The notes under the pieces: generated by a model
What the model was told of the DNA's origin: nothing
What the model saw: only the letters and a program-made list of their open reading frames with translations
Databases searched by the model: none
Shown here: piece after piece, positions 38,441 to 52,208 of the stretch
Layout of the letters: every line of letters begins with the position of its first letter
How positions within the stretch are numbered: the stretch's first letter is position 1
Made by a program: the position numbers and the translations under genes
Assembly: GCA_003971905.1 (NCBI GenBank)
Contig: RSEE01000092.1
Coordinates: 1 to 64,000 of the forward strand
Direction of reading: 5' to 3'
Source: Moniliella sp. 'wahieum'
Taxonomy: Eukaryota
Length of the DNA: 64,000 bases

Positions 38441-39098
38441 GGTTTGATCTAACTCAGCCTTCCTGGCGTTCTTTAGCCCTCCATCCCACCGCATGTCCAA
38501 CCGCCCCGACGTTGAACCCAACGCGGCCGGCGCTGAGATGGACGATATCTCCCACAGCCATGTAGTTTCGTTGTTCTTGTGACGGTTCGTTTGCAAAGGC
38601 TATGAACTCATTCCAGATTACACCGGCAACCTAGCTTTCTGAGCCACATCTAAGACGCTCTTTGCTTTTTGGTCTTTTTTGAGCATGCCTGTGCCGTCCC
38701 CTTCAGGTGGGGGGTCAATCGGCATATGTCGACACGCGAATTGATTCTACCAAACTCTCCTAAAATAAAAGGTCTAAGGGAGAGACGAGGAGAAAAGGTG
38801 GGATAACGAGGAAGAATGCGATCATAGAGGGGGGAAAGTGAGTGGGAGAAGTAGGTTGTGGGAAACATGGTCGTAGTACCAAAGGGCCCAAATGATTACA
38901 CAGGATACAAGAAACAGAGCACATGCCATCGAAAAGCATGACGGGGAAGAGGCATAAGGGTCAGAATAAGGGTTGCAGTTGGGTAAGGGCCCGGGTATGG
39001 GTACGCGGACGGGAGGGAGGTAGAGGGAAAAGGGGGAAAACGAAACGAATGACAAAAACCGTATCATCGACCGCAAGAACCCATATCCTAACTAGGGA

Positions 39099-41626
39099 CT
39101 AGGAGCCGAAACGGCGCGCATAAGCGCAAAGCGACTGAGAGCAGGAACCCAGATTCTGCGCACCCTTGCACCGCTGCAGCGCTACTGAATCTTGGGCTGG
39201 GTCAGGGTCTCGCGCGAGGAGTACACTTGGTTCAAGTGATACGAGTCGAAGGTGGCCTGGGACTGGTTGGACCATGGTGACTCGGCAACTGCATGTTGTC
39301 GGTGCTAGCTTGGTCCCAGTAGCCCGAGGGACGCGTTGGCCGCATACGAGTAGCCGGGCTTGGCGGCCGTCGACCCGCTCCGGCGACGACAGCACCATAC
39401 AGCCAGCCCACCAGGGCCAGAAGCACCACTACTCCTACCGCCACCCCTACTGCGATGCCCGCTTTGCCTCCCGAACTCAGGCTCGAGTGCGAGGCCCCAA
39501 AGCCAGTACTGACGTCCGCGCCGTTGACGGCGCCCGTACCCGTGTACACTTTGGAGGGGACGGCGTTATAGGACGAGTGGTTGACAGGCGTGTAAAGTTG
39601 TTGCAGTGCTGCACCCACCTTGGGCGTCCAAGGGGCCATCCCGACCGTGCTCATCGACTCGCCAATCGAAACGAACTTCCCCTGCGACGGCACGCCGCCA
39701 ACGGTGACAAAGAGCAAAGCCGGTCCGACGGTCAGAAGATTCGGGTTGGGGGGCAGCGGATTGACAGTGAGCACAACGCTGCCATCGAACTGAACCTCAT
39801 AGGTATGTTGCAGCTGTACGGAGCGCTGACCCATGTTCATTGCGTGGGTGGAGAAGCCCGAACGGATGAGCATCACCTTGGTGCCGGCTGCCAGCGCGTT
39901 GGCCGCCTTGCCCATCGACGCCGCGGGCAACGTCACATTGAAAGGGCTCCCACCAAACGGAATGGTCGGGCAAGCCTTGGGGCTGCGGACGCGGAGCAAA
40001 GTAGTAGTCAGGGTACCACTTCTCTACCACATAGGTGGTGTTGTAGCCCTGGGGAGAGGAGGAGAGGGGCATCAGCTCGTTCACGTCATTGTGTGGGTTG
40101 CTACCGGCAATCAAAACCGCGCCGTCGGGAGAAAGAAGGCGGAGGAATGGTACAACCGAGCATACTGGCTCTTGCCAAAATTAGCATCCGACAAACGCTT
40201 GCCCTTGGGCTGCGTCGGGTCGTAGAGCAACGGTGTCAAGGTCGGACCAGAACACATGCCTTCGAGGTGAACCTGTTGGCCATTGAGATTGATAATGTTC
40301 CAGGTTGTGTTTCCGTATCCGGCCGTGCCGTTCTCTGCACCATTCACGATCAACATCTGGCCCGTGGGGAGGTGAACAAACTGCCCCATCGTCCGTCCCA
40401 CCGGCATATCGTCCTCTTCCACAAACGCCGGATTCGCCACCATGCTTCCGTCCGCATTCTCCGGTTGGATCGAAGCACAGGAGGTAGAGGTCTTGGTCTC
40501 GTACATGTTCACATTGGGCGCGGTATAGTTGCCCCAATCGTTGTCAGTGTCGAGGACCATGCCGCCGCAGAAGAGAATCTCTGGAGTCCAGTTGTTGGCC
40601 GGCGTGAGAGGCTTCATGGCCGTAGCGGCCGAAGCCGGGTAGACACGAATGATGCCACCTGGCATGTCGGGTAAGGGGGTTTCAACATTTTGGTTGTGGT
40701 CCCAGAGTACGTTGGAGGCATTGGCGTTCATAAAGATCTTGCCGCTGGGCATGAGATACATGTGGGGGTACATGTGAGGCCACTGTGGTTGTCATGAACT
40801 TGGACATCTGCATGCCGGCATAGGATCCCTGTGCGTAATGTTGGTGCGGTTGGGGAAATACTCGTAGGTGGGATTGGCGCCGCCCATGTCGAGGTTGGTG
40901 ATGGAACCACCGCCGGTGGCAGTAGCAAAGGTGGGGTCGGTGTTGGGCGTATTGCGGTTGATGTATCCGCCCGAGGTGGAGCCACCCATGATGACCATCT
41001 CGCCCGTGGCCAAGGTCTCTACGGTGGGGTACCAACGGTTGGAGTTCATCTGCAAGTGACCATCATCGTCCCAATTGTACCCGCTGGGCTGGAGGTTGAG
41101 GATGTCGAGGAGGCGGATGGATTTGCGTCCGTCTTTGGATTGGTACGGGTTAAAGCTGTCGGTCAAGGCGACGTTTCCATACTTGACGGCCTGGTTTCCG
41201 CCAAAGACAGCCCAGGAGCCGTTGGGCAAGGTGCCACCGCCGGCACAAAACGCATTCGTCTCGACGTCGATCGCACGCACGGATCCGTCGGTGAGGTCAA
41301 TCAGGGAGCCCCATACAGGCTTGCCAGAGGAAAGCTTGGTGGGGTTGCCCTCGACCTTGTCGAGAACAAAGGCAGTGTTGTTGTCGACAAGGCCGAGCAT
41401 CATGGCCGAGGCAAGGGAGTTCTTGGTCAACACCTCAAACGACATGGGGGTCCCAGCCAACGCGGGGATGGCAGCCGCCAGCACAGCCAGGGGAGAAGCA
41501 TAACGAAGGAAAGAGTGTGCAGTACTCGTGCTGGGAGGGCGCCGAGAGCGAGTAGGAGCGGGAGCGGGGGTGTTGGTGTTGGTGGTGGAGGGGAGGTGCA
41601 AGACGAGCCGCCGGGCAAAGCAGCAT
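39099..41626 (-). CDS. Glyoxal oxidase / copper radical oxidase (AA5_1) with signal peptide and C-terminal TM helix
   Basis: TNAFCAGG, NRWYPT, MYPHMYLMPSG, RVYPASA, RLYHSSA, IAGSNPH, GFSTHAMNMGQR, TM segment GIAVGVAVGVVVLLALV. Confidence 0.95.
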
Positions 41627-42084
41627 GGACGACGGTGCGGACGAGGCTTGAAGCTTGAGGCTTGGCTTGAAGCTCGAAGCTTGAGGCCCACTTTTGTGAC
41701 AGCTCTTCTGCTGTTGCCTTGTGCTGGATATTCGGCTCGGAGGCTGCCCCCCAGCCTCCCGAGTGTCTCCGACGATCCAGGTGATCAAGGCTGCACCCTG
41801 GCGGGGAGGAGGCATGGGGGCAGCCAGCGGGTGCAGCGGCCCCACTTGGGGGCATGGCGGCAGCAGCTGATGCACGCGGCTGCTCTGCGGCGCTGTGGGG
41901 AGCGTGCTGCTGTGTGCTGCTGTGTGCTGCTGTGCCTGCCTGCTGTTCGGCTGGAAGCTGGGACGCGACTGCCCTCCAGTGCGTGGGCACTGCGTGGGCC
42001 CAACGCCGCGCGCCGGCGGTGGTCTTAAGCGTCACGCGTCACGCGTCATGTGTCACGTGTCGGCGCAGGCAGGGAATGAGTGCG

Positions 42085-42098
42085 TGGCTGGCTGGCTG

Positions 42099-42141
<43 letters not shown>
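42085..42141. repeat. (GGCT)n microsatellite
   Basis: About 14 units with one GACT interruption. Confidence 0.95.
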
Positions 42142-42143
<2 letters not shown>

Positions 42144-43277
42144 GATGGTGCTAGCCAGTGGCTGCCTGACTGCTGGGCTGCCCCACTGCGGGCACACCAG
42201 CGCGGACTTGGGACGACATGGCACAGTGCTCTGCCGCTGGGCTGCTGCATGTGAAACTAGGGCAAGCTTATTGGCTTGTAGCGCTTTTAGCGCTTTGCGC
42301 TTCGTATATGCGCCCAGTAGGTTGCCTGTCTGGCGCCGGAAACTGATGGGTGGTGTCGAGGGCGGATGCATGATGCATGGCATTATGGTACGACTCTGTA
42401 TGTACAGCCACAGGGCTCTGCGCCCTTCTGCGCCACTGTTCTATGGTAGAACCCGGAGGCCGTAGGCCGCACCGCGCGCACCGCCCTCCCGTACCCTGCC
42501 GTACCTAGGACCCCATCGATCATCCTAATCATGCACCACCTCATCATCTTTACTGGCACCATTTCTTCTCGTCTGGGGCATGTACCTAACCTCTCGCCGT
42601 TTTCTTTAATGGCCTTGTTCTAGCTTCAAGCTTCGAGCGGAGGCTGGGTACCGGGTAGGGTCGGCTTTGGAACCGTGGTACAGTTACCGCGCACTTCTGA
42701 GCTACTATGGTTCTCCACACTGTGGCGCGCGTGAGCGAAGGAGGGCGTGGGGCGTGTGACATGCGAGGCCTGATATATAGCTGACGCTGCCAGCATATCA
42801 CGCCACTACCTTGCCACACTCTGATACTGAGTACTGATATATGATACTGGGTACAGTCCCCTAGCTCCCGTCCCAAGTCCAGTTCCAGTTTCCACAGCCA
42901 GAGTGCCCTCCTACTCTACCTGGCCTCCCGAATCTTTCCGAGAGTCGGGAACTTCACAAAATACACTTTTGCGTTTGCCCGCTGGAATCTATACCGATGG
43001 GAGGGAACTGCAGAACGGGATGTACGGATGCAATGGATTCCTTGGAAAATCAGAAGGACCGCGAGAGAGAACATGCCGGGGAGGGAGCAGGCCGGGAGAG
43101 GCCGCTGGAGGTATGCAATATTGGAGAAAGGAAAGCAGGCCGCAAGAGGAATGCAGGCCGCTGGAGAGGATGCGTGGGGGAATCAGGCCGGTACCGTCCG
43201 GAAGAGCATACAGACTGTACACACAAGACAACAGAGGGATATGGGGAGGAGGTCCCTGCTGGTGACAAACAATATGT

Positions 43278-45161
43278 TTACTGAGGCAAGGGGATGGTGC
43301 GTGGGTAATCCTTGCTTGGCTGGATCGCAAAGAAGCGATGCTCCAGGGCTTTCTGGGCCGTGTGCGCTGGTAGGGTCGAGTTCAAGAAGTTGACGGGCAA
43401 GGTCCTTGAACCAATGTTAGGACCGGTACTGTGCTTTTTCGTCCTTGTTGCTGTGTTTCAGCAGTGGGGTATGGGCACAGCCTTGGTGGTGCGCACGTAC
43501 CGTTGGAGAAGAGACGCCTCGCGCTGCTCAGGCGGCAAGCGTTCCAAAATGCACCGGGCATCACACCCAGCGCGCTCTGAAGCGACAGAGAGGCGTGTCG
43601 CTCTGATCAATGTCCTGCTTGTTGGCTTGGTACTGGGCGTACGCCTCCTTTGCGCTCCTTCCAGTCCAAAGGGCGCCTGACCCATCGCCAGCTGCAGCAT
43701 CAAGCACCCAGCCGCCCACACGTCTAGCGGAGCCGACCAGGGATGAGTGCGAAGCAGTGCCTCGGGCGGACGGCAAGCCTTGGGAAGCGCACTCGGGCTC
43801 ATGCTGGGCCGCGCACGAACGTGGCGCGCATCAGACACGTGGACGCTGGAAGAGGAGAGGAAGGAATCGTTTGGCCAGGCTTGAACGGATCGGGGATGCG
43901 CGCAGCAGCATCAGTACTGTCCAGCATGACGTTGTCCGCGGTGAGGTTGCCATGGACCAAGCCCTGGTCATGGATCGAGGCGAGAAAGAGGAGGATTTGC
44001 TTCATGATGGACTGAACGTGTTCCGGGGGCATGCGACGGCCTTGGAGCTGGCGCTTGAGATAGTAGTCCACCGAGCTGGCCTGGCGATCAAACACAATGC
44101 ATAGTCGGGTGCGGTTGTAGAGAAACACGTCGCGCATGCGCGTCCACCCAATCACGTCGGCATTCATCGCGCCGACTGCATGCAGGTTCCGGGCGTGACG
44201 CAACGTCTCGATGCGCCTGGCCTTGTCGGAGCCACTGATACTGATCACCACTGGTTGGTTGGTGACCATGTCAAGCGCGGACACGGCCTCGCCGTACTTC
44301 GTCTTGCCCCGGCTCTTGGTAACCATGTAGCGATACGCGAGAATGCTGTCGCCCATGGTCATATTGGCTGGGCCACAAACTTGCGTCCCACCAATACTGG
44401 CGAGAACGTCCAACTCCGCTGCAACATCGTCCTGTTCTTTTCACCGGGCGAAGAGGCTGCACATGCACATGGTCAAGAGGTTAGCGTTACAGTGGTTGGC
44501 TGGCATTGATGGGGATGGATCCGTACCTTTGCAGTTTGAACGGGAGGAGGAGTTGCAGTGTGCGCAGGAGGTGTGGGGTGGCAATTTGAACGCGAGGAGG
44601 GGTTGCACGCTGAACGTGAGTAGGGATCGGACGTTGAACGCGAGGACGGGCCGGGGCTGCCTCAGGCTTCCGAGTGACCATCGCGGGCGCGGGGGGTGGT
44701 GCCAGGGACCCGAGCATGGTCCAACCTGGCCTTTTGACCGAGGGTCCGCCCATAGCGTTCGTATCCGCGTCTGCGTCCTCATCCTCACCCTCATCCTGGT
44801 GCGTGCGCTTGCGCTGCACCAGATGCGGTGGCGGTTTCTTTCGGATACAGTGGCGGAGGGAGCGGGCCCAGCTCAGGAGAAGGGCGGCGAAGGGCCGGTG
44901 CTGCTGGAAGACGACGAACGATGCGACGAGTGCCGATGGCGCCGGCGCCGTCGATGCCGAGGTGGCGGCCTTTGCGGCGCAGGGCGGGGAAATGCGTTTG
45001 CCCAGCTGCTGGGCGAGGCTGGGGCGGGGGAAGACGTGCGGTAGGGCATAGCGCGCTGGGACGAGACGGACAGCTGCACCATTTTGCAATGGAAGCGGGC
45101 AGTCGTGGTCGTCGCAGAGAGGAGGAAGAGGTGGTGGTAGGTCGGAAAAGACGGCGGGCAT
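43278..45161 (-). CDS. CMGC (CLK/LAMMER-like) kinase-fold protein, probable pseudokinase
   Basis: LCIVFD, IMKQILLFLASIHDQGLVHGNLTADNVML, RPPE, DVWAAGC, LARQLLELDP; long disordered N-terminus. Confidence 0.75.
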
Positions 45162-47184
45162 GCAGACAGGTTAAAAGCAAGGCGTGTGGTGAAAAAATGG
45201 GCCCGATGCGAGTGTAATCTGAAACACGAGGCAGCCATCGCCTAAAAGGAAGCTCAGGTCCCAAAGTAGTACGACCGGTGATCTGGGGGGTGCGCATCGC
45301 ACTCAGGCACGGCGTCTGTGTCTCATCCTGTTGGGCAGCAGGGACGGGTGACAGACGACGCTGCATGGGTGACTATCGATGATGATGCTTGCGGTGATAA
45401 TCGGGCGAGGGCAGAGGGGCAGTGTATGGTGGACAGCAGGGCGCCAGCTGCATGTCTCATAGTAGCGCGCGCCAGTGTCTGCGAAGACTTGGCTCTAGAC
45501 CTGACCCGGCCCCTCTCTGATTTGGGTCTGCGTGCCCTATTCCCGCTCGTCACCCTAACCCCATAGCCCAAGCGGTGGTATGCACCCTAGTGTCCTGGGC
45601 TACGCCAAGCCATCACATATCACCTGCTATCACCCTCCATCACCCCCCCGTCCTAACCCTGCCAGTGCGTCTTCTTCAGGCTCACCACCAAACGACTTGA
45701 GGGGTTTATTCGGTTGGCAACAAGCCCAGCACCATCCTCACAGGCAGCTCAAGGTGCTAACAAAGGGGGGCAGACTGGGGCATCTGCCTGGCTGTGGCTA
45801 ACAACCACATTGACAGCAGAGTACGTATCCCATCCTTGGAGCACATCCTTCCTGCCAGAACTCATACCCGTTCTATCCGGACGCAGGCCGGTCCACGGAG
45901 CAGGATGGCGTCCGATCCTCAAGCTAGTGCGCGCGCCGTTCAGGGCACACCCGCAGTCTCAATGAACCGACGGCTGGGAGGATAAGAAGAGGAACGAGGC
46001 GAGGAAGCAAATCATATAAACACCGACTACCGGGTGGGCCTACGCCTCTGTATGACGCCGAGAGGGAAGCGGCTGCATTCTATTCTACTCACAAGCAGGT
46101 GGATTGCGAGAAGTGAGGCCAAGTACCAGGGACGTGCCCAAGATCTGTGTTACATGTTACCCCAGGTACTATTTGTAGTTATGCCGAGGCGGAGGCCACT
46201 TCGCCATCAGGACTGCTGAGAACATGTTTACTCACTGAAAAGAACTGACTGACGAAGAGTTCCGCGGTGAAGGTTGTGTTCATTGAACGTTCATCGATCA
46301 TCGCTCAGTCATGGTCATGTCCAGATGCACATCATCATCTCATCCACTGCTACTAGCCTATAGGGCCCAGGGCTTAAGGCCTAAGACTCGATTGGGGGTA
46401 CAAACTGCACCAAACGCTGGCTCACCCAACCTGCCACGTCTGAAATGCTTGCTGCGACGGTGGCATCTGGGATGGCATAATTGATTGCGTTTGCAGGGGT
46501 GGAGTTGTGGTTGGTGGTGTGGAACCCAGCGGCAGATTCGGTTCTCCAACCAACGCGTGGTGCTGATGCTGTAGGATGGGGTTTGCACGTTCACAATAGT
46601 TGTGAACCTGGCCTGGTGACCGTAACCAGTTAGTTGGCTTATACGTGTGCGGCCATTTCGAGTGCGTTGTAAATCACCTACTCCTATTGCATAGGCGGGT
46701 TAGGCCAGGGCCCCGCGGCAATTATATGCGCACCAATATCCCAAAGTGATGCGTTAGGGTTACGTGGCTGCTTCCTTGGGCCTGAAGGGCTTGGACCTTG
46801 ATTAGTGGACATTGGACTTTTGGCCTTGAGCCTGGCGGGGAGGCTTCCCTGACTGAGTACTGGCGGCAACAGGGGGACATTGTTTTTGTGAACGTTATCT
46901 TAACCCATTATCCATTGCAAGCAGGAGAAGAAGGGCTACTTAATCAGTAGTCAGTTGCGATGATCGACCAATGATCGTAACCGCGTTCACAACGTTCACA
47001 AGCCCAACGTGCAAGGGCAATAAGACAGTGGTAAGGCCTAAGGACTCCTTGGGATGGTCAGGCGACACGAGGCATACCAACGCTGCCACGCTCCTGGTTT
47101 TCATTTCTTTACCACCACCACATCCAGCTCCTTTTCGCCTCACCACCACCACCACCTCTTCCTCCTCCCACCTCGTTCCCTACG

Positions 47185-47885
47185 ATGTCGACTGCTACCA
47201 CGAAGAAGGCCGCGCCCAAGGCGCACCCAAGCCCGCTGGGCCGTCGTACGAGGTGCGTTTTTCTTTCATTCCTTTTCCCCTCTGGTCCTCTGTGGGGAGA
47301 GCGCGTTGTCTGCTGCTCTCGGTTGGTGTTCATCGGACCTCCTTGAGTCAAGGTCATTGCCTCTCCCTCGGTTCGGTTCGAGGGGATATGGTGGCAACCC
47401 CACCCCCCCCTGGATCAAAGCTGACATGCTCCTTGTCCCGTTCAGACAATGATCAAGGAAGCGATCCTTGCTCACCCCGAGGCGTCGCGCACCGGCCTGT
47501 CGCGCCCTATGCTCAAGAAGTGGATCCAGGCTAAGCACACCCCCCACGGCGTCGCTCAGCCGGCTGCGTTACTTGGAACTTGGTTGCGCGTGCGATCACC
47601 AAGGGTGCCGAGAAGAAGGTGTTTGTCTTGCCCAAGGGCCCCTCTGGCAAGGTGAAGCTCGCGCCCGGTACCAAGGCGGCCGTCGCGAAGGAGACGAAGC
47701 CTAAGGAGGTCAAGCCCAAGACGGAAAAGGCCAAGGCTAAGAAGCCCGCAGCTAAGAAGGCAGGCACCAAGGCGACGACCAAGAAGCCCGCGGTCAAGAA
47801 GACGTCGAGCACGACCAAGAAGGCTGCCAAGCCTGCGGCCAAGAAGACGGAGAAGGCCGCGACGAAGAAGACGGCCAAGAAGTAA
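47185..47885 (+). CDS. HHO1: Linker histone H1
   Basis: PSYE|intron|MIKEAILAHPEASRTGLSRPMLKKWI; FVLPKGPSGKVKL; Lys/Ala-rich tail. Confidence 0.95.
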
Positions 47886-48801
47886 AGTGGGTCCGGGAGC
47901 GCGGGAGGGGGGCAGACTTGCTGTTGTCCACCCTGTAATTTTGTACCGTTCTCCGCCTCTCTGTCTGGATTTGAGGCGCTGCTTTCCCTCCTTGGCCAGT
48001 GCTCTGCTGAGTGCTGGAGATGTATGTACAATGCACTGCCTCTATGCTGCTTGGTTGTGTGGGGCCGAATTGCAATGTACGATTGATAGGCCTCGGCTGT
48101 GCACGCGGGCGGTAGAATGGGAGCGCGTGAGCTGACTGGGCGCGGGACGGTTGGGTATGACATGTGCGGCAGGTACGTACATCCAATCACGCGTGCCCCT
48201 ACAAGGGATGGAGAGTGGATGAGAATAGAGGTGTGGGTTAGCTGGCATCAACAGTGGATGGAACAGGAGGGGCTATTTGAGATGCTGGTCTTAGAGACGT
48301 GGCAAGTGAGATCTTATAGGCTGGTGCGATACTAAATTGCAGAAGCAGTGTATATTGCGTACTGCGCCCCGCATTATGCTTGCCGGAAAGGACCGGGGGC
48401 GGACGGGTGGTGGGCGTGTTGAAGTGAACATTGAAAATGGGTGTGTGATGCTGAGGCGCGGGACGCGTGACGTTGCGGTGTGGGATGGGCCGGTTTGGGC
48501 AGGTTTGGGCCGGGACGTGGGAAGCGGGACGGCGTAAGCCGTAAGCAGCGCTCTGTCCTCAGCGCCTCCTGTGCCCCGTCGCCGTCACCTCCAACCACCA
48601 CGCTCTCCTCCTCCTCCCCTCCTCCCATCCCCCGGGATCCCCCACGACGACTGCCCGCGCCTCGGCATGCGTGGTTGCTCTTGGTGGTGGTGTCCTTGTC
48701 TTCTGTGCCCGTGTGAGTGAAAGAGTGTGAGTATCAAGAGTGAGTGAGTGTGTGCGTGTGCGCGCTGCCCCCTGGCGAGCCCAGGTGCCCACTCTCTGAG
48801 C

Positions 48802-49850
48802 ATGTCTCTCTCTGCCGTCGATCTGGCAAACTATCCCAGTGCGGACCTGCTGCGCGTGCTCGCTGCCCTGCTCCAGCACATTGCCCGCACCAACGACCGC
48901 CGCCGTCCCGTCAGTCCTCCAGGAGCCTCTGTCCCGCCCCCCTCGAGACCGGATCCAACTTCCTCACCCCACGCCCCAGACCATGTCGATCCCGACCCCC
49001 AAGCCGGGCTGGATTGCATCAGTGGCCCGCCGTACATGACCACCGCTGCCCGAGGTGCTCTCACAACCGTCGGCAGCAACCTCTGTTTCCATGCGCGCCA
49101 CGCACCCAGCATCTCGATTGCCGACTACCTGCTGCGCATCCTCAAATACTGCCCTACCACCAACGACGTTTTTCTCTCGGTGATCATCTACCTTGATCGT
49201 ATGAGCCGTATGAGCCGGAGGGGGACAGGCACTTTTGGTCCGGCAGTGCTGAGGTTGTTCCTGTTTCCACGCCCGACCTGCCTACTTCTCTGGCTGCTTC
49301 AGACAGCCCGACCCACCCGTCTACTTTGGCCAAGCCGGAGGCTGTGTCAGCCTCGAGTGGGGCAGATTCCTTGGCACCAAGAGAGGCGGAGCCTGTCTAC
49401 CCCGGAATGAAAGGGTTTGTCATTGATTCGTACAATGTCCACCGTCTGGTCATTGCGGCTGTGACGGTGGCGAGCAAATTCTTTTCAGATGTGTTTTACA
49501 CCAACTCGCGGTACGCCAAGGTGCGTTGTTTTTCTGCTATCTTGGTGGATTGGAACTGAGTATCTGAGTACTGACGATACTGGGGGTGACGTGTAGGTGG
49601 GCGGTCTGCCAGTCGCTGAGTTGAATTCGCTAGAACTCCAGTTCCTGTTGCTCAATGACTTTAACCTCTCTATCTCCTTGGAAGAGTTCCAACGATACGC
49701 GGATCAGCTGATCCAGTTTGGCTCCGGTGCGGCTCAGGATCGGGTTCCCGTCAACGCCCTTTCGAACGTTCTTCGGCCTCTGCACCCTTGCTACACTCCC
49801 AGCATGCCCCATCGACTCCTACTCCTGCCTCCGCATCTTCTGACATTCGC
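48802..49850 (+). CDS. Pho85 cyclin (Pho80/Pcl6/7-like)
   Basis: FHARHAPSISIADYLLRILKYCP, IDSYNVHRLVIAAVTVASKFFSDVFYTNSRYAKV|GGLPVAELNSLELQFLLLNDF; end approximate. Confidence 0.93.
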
Positions 49851-50116
49851 ACGCCTCATCCTCATCCTCATCCTCATCCGCACTTCGCCGTGCCCTAGGA
49901 GCCCGCCCCGTGCCCTGACATTTGACATACGCTTCCTCCCACCGCCTCCACATTTCATATCTTCAGCCCCTCTCCACACTACGGAATCAATTCGCCGGAT
50001 CTTTAAGCTTTATGTGCGGTCGGGCAACAGTAACTTAAGGAGAATGCAATGCAAACAGGGACTAGTATACAAAGGAGGTCAGCCGGGGGCTGGGGGAGGC
50101 CAAGCGATGTGCTCCT

Positions 50117-50602
<486 letters not shown>

Positions 50603-50746
50603 GGCGAGTGTGTGGGAGAGGAAGAAGAGAAAGCAAGTCGGTGGGGGCGGGTGGGGGGGGCAAGGGGGTGGAGGGGGCCAGGCAGTTATATACTCTCTCA
50701 GCGGCCGAGTGGCGCTTGGTGGTCTGGAGGGGCTGTGCCGCTCCCA

Positions 50747-50975
50747 CGTTCACAGCGTTCGCAGTGTTACAGTGGTGCTGCCATTCGCTATTCATCTTGG
50801 CTGTCACGCGTTCACAATCCATTGCAATTTCAAATATCGCCCCTTGCGCCTCTTGGGCGGCTGGCAGGGTTGTGAACGTGGTGTGAACGTGTGAACGTGG
50901 CATAACGCGCGCCGTACGACTCGGCACGAGTAAATGTAAAACGAGTCTTGTGAACGTCTGTGCCCGTTGTGAACG
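50747..50975. promoter_or_regulatory. Divergent H3-H4 promoter with seven CGTTCACA/TGTGAACG motifs
   Basis: Exact copies at 50747, 50809, 50871, 50882, 50890, 50949, 50968. Confidence 0.7.
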
Positions 50976-51215
50976 GTGCACGTTCTCTCGTTCTACGCGC
51001 GTGAGCGCCTGAGCCAACAACGCGAAGGGTGCGTTACGCGTTATCATCCACTTGTCCTCTGTGTAGGTATGGCCTACCGCACACAGCGCACTGTTGTGCT
51101 GAAACTCATCCTACTACCTGCCCTGTCTGTCTTGCCCCAGCAGCTGCCCAACCCACAAGACAGGCCCCCAGGCTAGTGAGATCATCGATCGTTCTGAGTT
51201 GATCGTATCAAATAA

Positions 51216-51686
<471 letters not shown>

Positions 51687-52208
51687 ATGTGCTCTCGGCC
51701 TCTTGGGCAGTGCTCACTGCTCGCGTGTAAATCAACCTGTGTACTATTCGCTACTATTGCTCTCGAGTGCGCTCTCCATAGGGATACACACATCGCTCCG
51801 TGTCTGATGGCGAGCCATTGTATAGCAGCAACCATGTAGGCAGACGGGCAGGTGGCTGTAGCGTAGGTTGGATCGCGTGGAGGCACCCATCTAGCTTTCA
51901 CGTCGGCCGTCTGATGGCACAAGCGGTGGGCCAACGCGCGTCAAAAATAACCACACGGGCGGCGGAAGAGCCTCGCTCCATTCGCACGGTGCGGGCGGCC
52001 ACGTCTACAGGCACGGGGGCAGTATAGCCGCAGTGCCGGTGCGTACGTAATCGGAAGTTTGAGCGCACTGCCCCCCTGCCCACGGGGCGCCGGGGTGGAC
52101 GTTCGGCCCCAGCGAGGCGGAATGGAGGGCAGTGGGGGCATCGAACGCGCGTCGCCCGCTGCGTCTGCTTGCCACCACCCCACCACCACCACCATCGCCT
52201 CCATCCAA

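Noticed and set aside
39166..40674. Long plus-strand ORFs such as the 502-aa ORF here and 30719-31798
   Set aside because: Antisense shadows of GC-rich genuine genes on the opposite strand
46753..46762. TAACCCTAAC on the minus strand as a telomerase RNA template
   Set aside because: A 10-nt match alone is insufficient; no supporting pseudoknot seen, and it is better explained as a promoter telobox
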